Source of the DNA: Gammaproteobacteria bacterium
GTDB taxonomy: Bacteria > Pseudomonadota > Gammaproteobacteria > Steroidobacterales > Woeseiaceae
NCBI GenBank assembly: GCA_022600955.1
Contig: JAHZJK010000024.1
Coordinates: 122,003-186,002, forward strand
Reading direction: 5' to 3'
DNA length: 64,000 nt
Part shown: positions 37,621-46,015 of the stretch, piece by piece
Numbering within the stretch: the first letter of the stretch is position 1
Layout: each line of letters begins with the position of its first letter
Translations under genes and position numbers: made by a program
The notes under the pieces: generated by a model
Databases searched by the model: none
Seen by the model: only the letters and a program-made list of their open reading frames with translations
What the model was told of the DNA's origin: nothing

Positions 37621-38044
37621 ATTTGGAACCATTGCTCTTAGCCTGCGTTGAACGAGAGAGACCAAATGGCATGGTCCCTGCGATCATCCCTGATGCAGGA
37701 TCGGGTAATGGTGTTATTCGGGCTGCAACTGAATCCCGGGGTCTCTTCTCATTATTTTCGTTGCGTATTGGCCCCCTACCAGCAAATGAAAGACTACACT
37801 CAAAAACGAATTTGGTAAATATCGACCAAAAAATGAGCTTTGGAGCAAAACGTAACGTCCTGATTAGGTGGTCAAATTGAGCTGCGACGGATTCGAGCGA
37901 GTGCTGATGGCAGGCGGTATTTGCGAGGATTGCTTGGACTGGTGTTGCAAACGCATTCGTTATCCAGTGTTTTCCCGCAAAGATAGCCAACACAGCAGAT
38001 TCAGCTATATTTAGTATTACAGTCCCAAGTGTGGAGTGGTATCG

Positions 38045-39799
38045 ATGGCGAAAGGATTTGAAAAACTACGACTCAGCGGGCGGGATATGCCGCCACCAGG
38101 GCCGGGGCTCGCGGGAATCGACCGTCCGGCCGACACAGGCGAACACTCAAACGAAGACGCAGCGCGCCAGTTTGTCCTGCGTGTCGCCGCGGCCGACGAC
38201 AGGCCCTTTATTCGTTCAATGGCTGCGGTGGTCGATGAGACACCTGACGCCGCAGCGCCTCAGCTTGTTAAACTCGTAGATCGAACAGAGCCGATCACCT
38301 CGACGGCGATGGTGCACTTTCAACAATCGCAGAACGACATACCGGTTTTCGGTTCCAGAGTCGTTGTTGAGCTCGATGACAATCAGGAGACAGTGTCCGC
38401 ATCGATGGATCTGGCTGCGCTTGACGATGTCGACCTGCTGCCCGGACTTAGCGGTGCGGCGGCACTCAGTATGTTGGCGACAAGCGTTCATGTTGAAGAC
38501 CTCGGCATGATTCCTGATCCGCAATTGACGATATTGCCGCACCCACACCAGAACGGGCGTCTGTATCTCACCTGGCATTTCCGGGGTGTACCAGCGGAGC
38601 CGATACCATCGAGCGAGGATGACTCAGACGAGGTGCACCTCGCTTGCTTCGGAGACGCGGAACCACTGCAGGGCGACTACGATTTTTTTCTCGACGCTCA
38701 CAATGGCGAAGTGTTGTACTTCTTTCCAAAGTCCGCTCATCTGGACATCCCGACCCGGTGCCAGGGCGAGGATGAGGACGGCGTAAACCAGTCATTCTTC
38801 GGCCGGCTCGGCAACCCCGGGTTCGCGATGGAGAACCCGTTTGAAGACGTCAACACCTACGACCTTGGGTTGCAGCCGATAGAAACGACGCCGATCCCGG
38901 TGGACACAGTACGTAACGCGACCAGTGACTGGCAGAACAGCAATCCGGCTGCAGTCTCGGCACACGTCAATGCAACCCGCGTGCTGGAATTCCTGTTTCG
39001 CATCCTGCGCCGCAACAGCATCGATGATCAGGGCATGGTCCTGCAGAACATTGTGAACTGCGCAAGCAATCAGGCACAAAATCCGCCTGAATGGATTAAC
39101 GCGGTCTGGTGGCAGGGCCGCATGTGGTATGGGCAGGAAGAGCAGGGCGATGGGAGTTTTGTGAGCCTGTCACGGTATCTCGATATCATCGGCCATGAGT
39201 TGTTTCACGGTGTCACTGAGCATACTGCCGGCCTGGTCTATGAAAGCTTGCCTGGTGCCCTGAATGAGTCATTCAGCGATATTTTTGGCGTCATTATTCG
39301 CAACTGGCACCTCGCTCCCAATGCAGGTGACGTTGCCACCTGGACATGGGACATTGGTCCTGGCCTTGGGTCTGGCGGCGGGCCAATGCGAAGCATGTCG
39401 AATCCGTCAAGCGTGGGACGTTGGCGACGGCCGGATCCGAACGGACCCGGTGATGTCATCGTAAATGGCTATCCGGATCACATGAACCAGCATGTTGTAT
39501 TGCCGGCAACTCGTCGTTACGACTGGGGTGGTGTGCACATTTTCAGCAACATTCACAATCTGGCTGCACACAATGTGCTAACGACTCGAAAGCCGGACAA
39601 CAGCGTCGTTTTTTCCCCGGAAGAAGTTGCCATCCTGTACTACCTGGTTCTAACGCGACTCGGCAGCCTTTCAGAGTTCGACGACGCGAGGGCCGAGCTC
39701 CTGGTGGTGTCCGATACGGTTTATGCGGGAGACGCCGTGCGCCAACAGGTTGCGCGCTCGGCAATTGAGTCATCTTATGACGCGGTTGGAATTAACTAA
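38045..39799 (+). CDS. M4 (thermolysin-family) zinc metalloprotease with long N-terminal pro-region, no signal peptide
   Basis: GGAG at 38033-38036, then ATG at 38045. HELFH at 39194-39208 (IIGHELFHGVTEHTAGL). Third zinc-ligand motif GALNESFSDIFG. The N-terminus MAKGFEKLRLSGRDMPPPGPG has no hydrophobic segment. Confidence 0.9.
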   Translation: MAKGFEKLRLSGRDMPPPGPGLAGIDRPADTGEHSNEDAARQFVLRVAAADDRPFIRSMAAVVDETPDAAAPQLVKLVDRTEPITSTAMVHFQQSQNDIPVFGSRVVVELDDNQETVSASMDLAALDDVDLLPGLSGAAALSMLATSVHVEDLGMIPDPQLTILPHPHQNGRLYLTWHFRGVPAEPIPSSEDDSDEVHLACFGDAEPLQGDYDFFLDAHNGEVLYFFPKSAHLDIPTRCQGEDEDGVNQSFFGRLGNPGFAMENPFEDVNTYDLGLQPIETTPIPVDTVRNATSDWQNSNPAAVSAHVNATRVLEFLFRILRRNSIDDQGMVLQNIVNCASNQAQNPPEWINAVWWQGRMWYGQEEQGDGSFVSLSRYLDIIGHELFHGVTEHTAGLVYESLPGALNESFSDIFGVIIRNWHLAPNAGDVATWTWDIGPGLGSGGGPMRSMSNPSSVGRWRRPDPNGPGDVIVNGYPDHMNQHVVLPATRRYDWGGVHIFSNIHNLAAHNVLTTRKPDNSVVFSPEEVAILYYLVLTRLGSLSEFDDARAELLVVSDTVYAGDAVRQQVARSAIESSYDAVGIN

Positions 39800-39898
39800 T
39801 CTGACAGCGTTGCTGACAAAACGACGGCCAGGATTTCCCAATTGCGGCTTGTGGGTGTATTTTACCAATAGCGTGTCAGATCGATAAGGAAAAAAACA

Positions 39899-41698
39899 AT
39901 GTCGGCCGCTACACGGATTATTACTCAGCTGGTCGAGGAAGCCCGAGACCAGCGCGGCTTCCTGCAGCATTCGCCCGTTCGCACTGGCGTTTGGCGGCGC
40001 TTACTTGAGCGCCCGGGCGAAAAGATCAACCTCCTCATGATTCCGCTTCGTTCCACAACAGCCGGCCGCCTTTGTGTCGCGGTCAATGAGGCGATGGAAG
40101 GAGCGCGGGGGACAGAGCCGTGCACCTACAATCAGTCCGTCGCTTGTGGCCAATTTACCTTCGACACCCTCGTGATACGTCTGTTGCCCTTATCACGATG
40201 GTGGCAACGGAAGATCGAACCGGATATCGATCTCGTTCTGGACCTCGCTGCTTCGGGTTCCAGTCACTCACTATGGAAAAATGTGTGCGAGGACCTGAAG
40301 CAGGCGCGCGCCAGCGGCCGGAGCTCCGGACTTTCGCCGGACATGCTTTGGTGTATCAGAATGCTCGGAATCACTCAGCGAGCGCTGTCATCCAAGTCGG
40401 CAAATCCACAATGGCCCGGGCCGTCCAGCCAGGTAAAAGCGGCCGCCGAGCTATTCAAGAAAGCGCGCCGGAAACAAATCAAAGGTGCAGGGGAGCAACT
40501 GTTCGCGGTCGCGATCAATCGGCCTGCCGTACCTTGCCTCAGGGAGTCCGTACGTACCATCAAGGGCGACGCGTCGCGTGAAGTTTTCGATATTCGCTGC
40601 AATCGAATTACCTGGGCGGTTATCGATAGCGGAATTGATCGGCGGCACCCGGCGTTCGGCAATGGAAAAGGCGGTGATCGGATTGTTGAAACGCTCGACT
40701 TTACCGAGTTTGGCACCATGCTCTCGCTTGCCTCGTCCGCCAACGACGACGACCACGTCAGCCTGAGGGATACCTACGGCCTAAGTGCTGCCCAGGTGCG
40801 GAAGATCAGTCGCTCTATCAGGGCGGGTGATCCGGTTGACTGGGAGATCGTGGCTGCCGCGCTCCGAGTAGACCGGGGAGACGATTATTTTGATGCGCTG
40901 GATCCTCACGGAACCCAGGTTGCGGGCATCGTCGGTGGAGCGCCGTGCGAGGAGCAGATCAATGGTCAGACGGTGAGCAGGCCCGGTGGTGTTTGTCCCG
41001 ATATCAAGCTTCTCGACCTGAGAGTAATTCGCGGTGTGGCCGGCGATGAGAATACCGAATTCTACGTTATCAGCGCACTGCAATACATCGACTATCTGAA
41101 CCGAAACAAAGATAAGCCTGTCGTGCACGGCATCAACATGAGTCTGTCAATTCCGCATTCTGTAACCGACTACGGTTGTGGCCGCACGCCGATATGCGAT
41201 GAGTGCGACCGACTGGTATCAAGTGGAGTAGTGGTCGTCGCCGCCGCCGGTAACTATGGGTTCGACAGAGCTGACATTACAGGCCCAGCGAAAACAGGCG
41301 GCTACCGAGATATTTCGATTACCGACCCCGGGAACACTGAATCCGTCATCACCGTCGGATCCACTCATCGTAAACACGCTCACCGCTACGGGATCAGTTA
41401 CTTCTCAAGCCGCGGACCGACCGGTGACGGCCGTGCGAAGCCGGACCTGGTTGCGCCGGGTGAGAGCATCGAATGCCCTAGTCGCAATAACACCTACGAG
41501 GCCTGCTCCGGTACGAGTATGTCAGCACCGCACGTCAGCGGTGCCGCGGCGTTGCTCATGGCGCGCCACACAGGACTTATTGGTGAGCCCGGGCACGTCA
41601 AAGACGTGCTCTGTGCCAATGCCACAGATCTTAAACGAGCCAGCGAGAGCCAGGGGCGCGGACTTCTGGACGCTCTTCGCGCTCTGCAGGCCTTGTAG
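39899..41698 (+). CDS. S8 (subtilisin-family) serine protease with ~230-aa unassigned N-terminal domain, no signal peptide
   Basis: Catalytic triad Asp243 (WAVIDSGID, 40625-40627), His337 (HGTQVAGIVGG, 40907-40909), Ser540 (GTSMSAPHVSGAAALL, 41516-41518). Confidence 0.9.
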   Translation: MSAATRIITQLVEEARDQRGFLQHSPVRTGVWRRLLERPGEKINLLMIPLRSTTAGRLCVAVNEAMEGARGTEPCTYNQSVACGQFTFDTLVIRLLPLSRWWQRKIEPDIDLVLDLAASGSSHSLWKNVCEDLKQARASGRSSGLSPDMLWCIRMLGITQRALSSKSANPQWPGPSSQVKAAAELFKKARRKQIKGAGEQLFAVAINRPAVPCLRESVRTIKGDASREVFDIRCNRITWAVIDSGIDRRHPAFGNGKGGDRIVETLDFTEFGTMLSLASSANDDDHVSLRDTYGLSAAQVRKISRSIRAGDPVDWEIVAAALRVDRGDDYFDALDPHGTQVAGIVGGAPCEEQINGQTVSRPGGVCPDIKLLDLRVIRGVAGDENTEFYVISALQYIDYLNRNKDKPVVHGINMSLSIPHSVTDYGCGRTPICDECDRLVSSGVVVVAAAGNYGFDRADITGPAKTGGYRDISITDPGNTESVITVGSTHRKHAHRYGISYFSSRGPTGDGRAKPDLVAPGESIECPSRNNTYEACSGTSMSAPHVSGAAALLMARHTGLIGEPGHVKDVLCANATDLKRASESQGRGLLDALRALQAL

Positions 41699-41722
41699 GC
41701 ATCATACGAGGAGGTTCAAAAC

Positions 41723-42859
41723 ATGTTCAGTTTCGAAGCGCTCAAAGCCAAGCACGGTGACTCGTTGCTCGTCCATTATGGACCGGAAAACAATCCAAGG
41801 ATGATCATCATCGACGGTGGGCCTTCGGGCGTCTGGGAGTCGGCGCTCGAACCACGCCTTAACCAGATTTCTCATTTTCGCGATCTTCGACCTGTTCCGG
41901 CCAGACTGACGATGGTTAGTCATATCGACAACGACCACATCACCGGCGTGAAAAAGATGGTCGAACACATACGAGACAGCCAGGATCCGGTTGTCGACGT
42001 ACAGTCAATATGGCACAACTCATTCGACAACCAGATTGGAAACTCTGAGCTGGCAATGTTACAGGCACTGGGAAACACGTCGCCGTCTGTGGCGGCCTCG
42101 ATGGGCCTGGGTCATTTCGTGAAGAGTATTGCAGCCGGCTTATCCGCGGGCAAAAAACTCCGCCAACTGGTCTCTCAGCTCGGGCTGGTCGTGAACTCTG
42201 GCGGACAGCAGGCGGGCTTTATCTCCGAGGGTGACAGTTTCAATGTCGGGCATGGCACGAAATTGACAGTTCTCAATCCTGACCGCGGGCAGCTCACTGG
42301 GTTGCAGCTCAAATGGGATAAGGTCGCGAACAAGCTTGGGGGTCTCTCGGACGCGCAGAAGAAGATCGTCCTTGCACGCGTCGCAGAAGATTCTCTCGCC
42401 AATATTTCGTCAATTGTTGTACATGTCAAAAAGGCCGGCAAGACGATGCTGTTGACCGGAGACGCACGCGGCGACCACGTCATTAGCGGGCTGAAGGGTG
42501 CTAACCTGTTACAGGGCGGCAAGGCTCACGTAAATATTCTCAAGATTCCTCACCATGGCAGTGACCGCAACGTCGATACAGATTTTTTCAAAACCGTGAC
42601 GGCTGATCACTACATATTCTCCGGTGACCGTGATCCTCAGTTCGGCACAAATCCCGATCGTGCGACCTTCCAGATGGTCGCGGAAGTTCGTGGATCGCAG
42701 AAATACACGATGCACTTTACGCACAGCGACAGCACTATTCGACGCTGGATTCGCGAAGACAGGCAGCAGCATCCGAGTCGCAAGTACGAAGCCGAGTTCC
42801 CTCGGTCACAGGACTTCGGCATCTGGATCGACCTCGATAACGACGCACTCTGGTTCTGA
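41723..42859 (+). CDS. Stand-alone MBL-fold hydrolase of the ComEC/Rec2 type
   Basis: VSHIDNDHITG (H-x-D-x-D-H variant, about 41918-41947), LLTGDARGD and LKIPHHGS, as in the ComEC C-terminal domain. No TM segments. 24 nt downstream of the S8 gene. Confidence 0.85.
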   Translation: MFSFEALKAKHGDSLLVHYGPENNPRMIIIDGGPSGVWESALEPRLNQISHFRDLRPVPARLTMVSHIDNDHITGVKKMVEHIRDSQDPVVDVQSIWHNSFDNQIGNSELAMLQALGNTSPSVAASMGLGHFVKSIAAGLSAGKKLRQLVSQLGLVVNSGGQQAGFISEGDSFNVGHGTKLTVLNPDRGQLTGLQLKWDKVANKLGGLSDAQKKIVLARVAEDSLANISSIVVHVKKAGKTMLLTGDARGDHVISGLKGANLLQGGKAHVNILKIPHHGSDRNVDTDFFKTVTADHYIFSGDRDPQFGTNPDRATFQMVAEVRGSQKYTMHFTHSDSTIRRWIREDRQQHPSRKYEAEFPRSQDFGIWIDLDNDALWF

Positions 42860-42926
42860 GGTCGGCTCGAGTCGAAAAAACCCAAGAGGAAATCAGCGAG
42901 CGGCGGCCACAGATTGGCGGGCAAGA

Positions 42927-44357
42927 ATGCGAGGCGGAATGGCAGAGAACAAGAAGAACGACATACCGGATCCAGTCAGCGAGATTATCAAGTCGCCACT
43001 TGATAGTAACTACACGATGAATCGCAATCGGGTTGTTTACTTAGGCATCGCGTTTGTGGTCCTGGGTTTAACGGGCGGTGTGCTTGACGGCCCGTTTGGG
43101 CGCGTCGAACTCAGACCCGAAGTTTGGTTTCTTGCCTCGGTGCTTGGTCTCGCAGCAAGTATTCTGATGATGCTGGAGTTACGGCGTGTGGCCAAAGTCA
43201 GCGTGCAATTCTGGAAGCGGAACTGGGAAGCGGAGTACGACCGTTTTCGATTGTACGTTGCCGATGCGCTGCCGGGGTTTCGACAAACGCTGGCGCAGCA
43301 GGCACAAGAGCAAAAACTGAATGACTTGAAGAAGGAGCTCGCTGAAGTCGATGAGAATCTCGCCAGACGGACGGGTGGCCAGGCAGACGCTTCCGACCGC
43401 TCGGAGCTACATGAGAAAAAATCCCGAATCGATGACTGGATTAACAACCCGGCGAATATTCCAATTGAAGAAAAGAGCCGGTACGCGGATAGCGCATTCT
43501 CAAAGACCCTGAATCAGTTCAGTAGCCCGTCCAGCGAAAACTGGGATAAAGGTGACGATGAATTCGGTTACGTTCTGAACGAGAAGAATATTCGTTACGA
43601 TATCCTGGTCAGGACAGAGGAGCAGTTCGCCAACCACTCAAGACGCTACAAGAAAGCACCCGGACGTGTGTACCTGCCCCTCTGGGGTGTGGCGGCCGCA
43701 ATTCTCATCGCCTGGTTCGTGTTCGTATTGGGTCAGAGGCCAGTCAAAGAGAGCGCCCCGACACTGGCCCAGATTATTCGGGAAGAGAGCCGCATGTGGC
43801 GCACGTCGGAGCTGTTCAATAGCCGGCGTGCAGATGGTGTACTGGTCAACTTTTGGGTGAACAACCGTAACGACGGTATAACGATGGCGTTCCCGGCGTT
43901 CGCGAAAGAAGAAGGTACGCTGGACGAGGCATTGGGCAAGCCGATCAGTGAGTTTCTTAAGCCGGTTCTGTCTGACGTCACTGACTGCAATAGCGACACC
44001 GAAACGGTAAAACTTCGGATTCGAGCGTTTGCTGACGGTGCGAGTTTTAACACGACGAAGAGCAATGAACAAAACCTCTCGTTGGCGAACAAACGAGCCG
44101 AAAGTTTCAGGTCCTGGCTAGGCAACCTGCCGCTCGACAATGGACGCAAGGCTGGCGCTGAGTTTGAGATTGGCGTGCACGAGTGGGGCCCAGAGGATTA
44201 CCCGGCAATGCGGCGAGCTGCAGGCTACAACGACTCTTTGGCCGGAGCTTATTCGGAGCGGGCCGGGCAATTGAGTCGGCGAGTTGAACTCAAGGTCTCC
44301 TATGCGGCGCAGTGTGAATGGGGCAGGGTGTTCGGATCCATGGTGTTGCCGAACTAA
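42927..44357 (+). CDS. Three-TM membrane protein with cytoplasmic coiled coil and C-terminal OmpA/MotB-like peptidoglycan-binding domain
   Basis: The track ORF (from 42624) overlaps the MBL gene. First non-overlapping ATGs are 42927 and 42939. TMs: VVYLGIAFVVLGLTGGVL, VWFLASVLGLAASILMML, VYLPLWGVAAAILIAWFVFVLG. OmpA_C-like NLSLANKRAESFRSWL ... LSRRVELKVSY. Confidence 0.75.
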   Translation: MRGGMAENKKNDIPDPVSEIIKSPLDSNYTMNRNRVVYLGIAFVVLGLTGGVLDGPFGRVELRPEVWFLASVLGLAASILMMLELRRVAKVSVQFWKRNWEAEYDRFRLYVADALPGFRQTLAQQAQEQKLNDLKKELAEVDENLARRTGGQADASDRSELHEKKSRIDDWINNPANIPIEEKSRYADSAFSKTLNQFSSPSSENWDKGDDEFGYVLNEKNIRYDILVRTEEQFANHSRRYKKAPGRVYLPLWGVAAAILIAWFVFVLGQRPVKESAPTLAQIIREESRMWRTSELFNSRRADGVLVNFWVNNRNDGITMAFPAFAKEEGTLDEALGKPISEFLKPVLSDVTDCNSDTETVKLRIRAFADGASFNTTKSNEQNLSLANKRAESFRSWLGNLPLDNGRKAGAEFEIGVHEWGPEDYPAMRRAAGYNDSLAGAYSERAGQLSRRVELKVSYAAQCEWGRVFGSMVLPN

Positions 44358-44595
44358 TAGTTGAGTCACGCTGTGGACCGATCAGCACAATGCCAATCGT
44401 CGATCACAGTATCGAGAACCTGAATCGAGAGTTCGTACGGTTTATTCCATGCGTCAGCAGTTGAAAGCTGCGCTCGCGGACGTCGGTCCCTCGTTGGAGA
44501 GTTTCATTTCACCTGCAGGCGCCCGGTCATTCCAGGGGCCGGTCGTGGTGCTTACCAATCGGGCGACCATTAGCAGCGCGTGCTGGCGGCCCAGG

Positions 44596-44620
44596 AAAAG
44601 ACCCCATTGCGGGGCCTTTT
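44596..44620. terminator. Bidirectional rho-independent terminator
   Basis: AAAAGACCCC-attgc-GGGGCCTTTT has A/T tracts on both sides. It lies 12 nt past the stop of the minus-strand beta-helix gene and about 240 nt past the plus-strand operon end. Confidence 0.7.
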
Positions 44621-44631
44621 CACCTTGGAGT

Positions 44632-45882
44632 CTAGGGACAGCTAATGCCACGCGTCAGAACCGAGTCATCACAGCTGACAGATGTGAATCCCACGCCGTC
44701 TGTTGTAACGCGAGTGCCGAAACCAAGATCAAAATCGATCTGATTCTGGTCCACGTTCGACGGGTTTGGAGGCACAGAGACTATGTTCAGCGTTCCTGCA
44801 CCGTGTGCCGAAAGGCCAGCACCATTTTGCGTCAGGTTCAGTCCCCCGACGATCAGGATGCTCGCCCCGTCTTCCAACAACATACCCACACCATTACCCT
44901 GCGCGTTGAACTGCGCTGTTGCATGCGGGCTCAAAATTGCACCAGCTGGTGCGAAGAAGCCAAATATTGCGTTGTTCGAAGCGCTAATGATGTTCGCGCC
45001 GCTACCGAAGAACTGTGATCCGACAACGCCCAGTTCGGATCCAAGAATACCGATGCCGGCAAAGCCATTGTTGTCGGCATAGATGCTTGAGCCTTGTGCT
45101 TCGGGAAAGCTGAATACCTGCAGTCGAGAATCGTTAATGATAGAGACGCCGGAGCCAGCATTGCCGTTCGCGGCCACATTCGCTCCTCGCAACTCGAAAA
45201 AGGTTTTGCCATTGACGGCAAGCCCATCTCCGCCATTGTTGCTCGCACTCAGTGACCCTTTCGCAACAACAGTCGAGCCGGTGTAGGCATCCATTCCCCC
45301 GGTCGTGTTGTTGTCGAGCACCAAATCAACAATCTCAACATGCGATCGATCAACCGATAAGCCGACCGTGCCGTTGTATTGCATGAGCAGCGCACGCAGT
45401 GTGCCTTGCGCCTGGTGGGTCGCCAAGACGCCCTGATCGGACCCATTCGCTACGGAGAATCCAGTCAGCTCGAATCCGCGCGCGCCGTCAATAAGGACAA
45501 CAGCCTCGCTGGGTGTTTTGCTTCCGTCGATAGTCGCGCCGTTGATACCGACCAGAGTGATGCTGTCAGTCTTTATGACGACAGACTCGTAACATGTACC
45601 TCTGAACTTGATCGTGTCATTCGCGCGCGCGCGTCGCAGCGCTTTTGACAATTTCTCGCCGCGGTCGCAGCGAACTCGCCAGGTCCGCCCATGGCCGCGT
45701 TTGAAGAAGCCGAACTCCGAGAAACCTTTCAGTTCCTCGCTATTGTTTAATCTATGTTCCCACTCGCCGCTATTGGCCTCAGCGCTTTGCGCATCCTGTG
45801 CCAAAACTGTCGCTGCAATCAAAAATGCCACAATCGTGCCAACAACGGTAAGCGCAAATGTTTTTCTTTCTGCCTTGTTCAT
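44632..45882 (-). CDS. Secreted right-handed parallel beta-helix repeat protein
   Basis: N-terminal hydrophobic anchor/signal (FALTVVGTIVAFLIAATVLA). Repeats NNGGDGLAVNG, GNAGSGVSIIN, NNGFAGIGILG, QNGAGLSAHG. Confidence 0.75.
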   Translation of the reverse strand: MNKAERKTFALTVVGTIVAFLIAATVLAQDAQSAEANSGEWEHRLNNSEELKGFSEFGFFKRGHGRTWRVRCDRGEKLSKALRRARANDTIKFRGTCYESVVIKTDSITLVGINGATIDGSKTPSEAVVLIDGARGFELTGFSVANGSDQGVLATHQAQGTLRALLMQYNGTVGLSVDRSHVEIVDLVLDNNTTGGMDAYTGSTVVAKGSLSASNNGGDGLAVNGKTFFELRGANVAANGNAGSGVSIINDSRLQVFSFPEAQGSSIYADNNGFAGIGILGSELGVVGSQFFGSGANIISASNNAIFGFFAPAGAILSPHATAQFNAQGNGVGMLLEDGASILIVGGLNLTQNGAGLSAHGAGTLNIVSVPPNPSNVDQNQIDFDLGFGTRVTTDGVGFTSVSCDDSVLTRGISCP

Positions 45883-46015
45883 TGGTGTATCCTCATTCCG
45901 TTAGTAAAGAAGCCAAGGCGAACTCGCCCTGACTCACTCAGGGTCTGTTTCGGGGCGGTGATATACCTGCCCGTTCTCGGGAATTTCGCTGGATATTCTC
46001 TTCCAGGAGCGAAAA

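Noticed and set aside
42624-42926. Upstream extension of the OmpA-like gene ORF.
   Set aside because: It overlaps the 3' end of the MBL gene in another frame by 236 nt, and its translation is Arg/Ser-rich with no features. The first non-overlapping ATGs (42927 and 42939) are more plausible.
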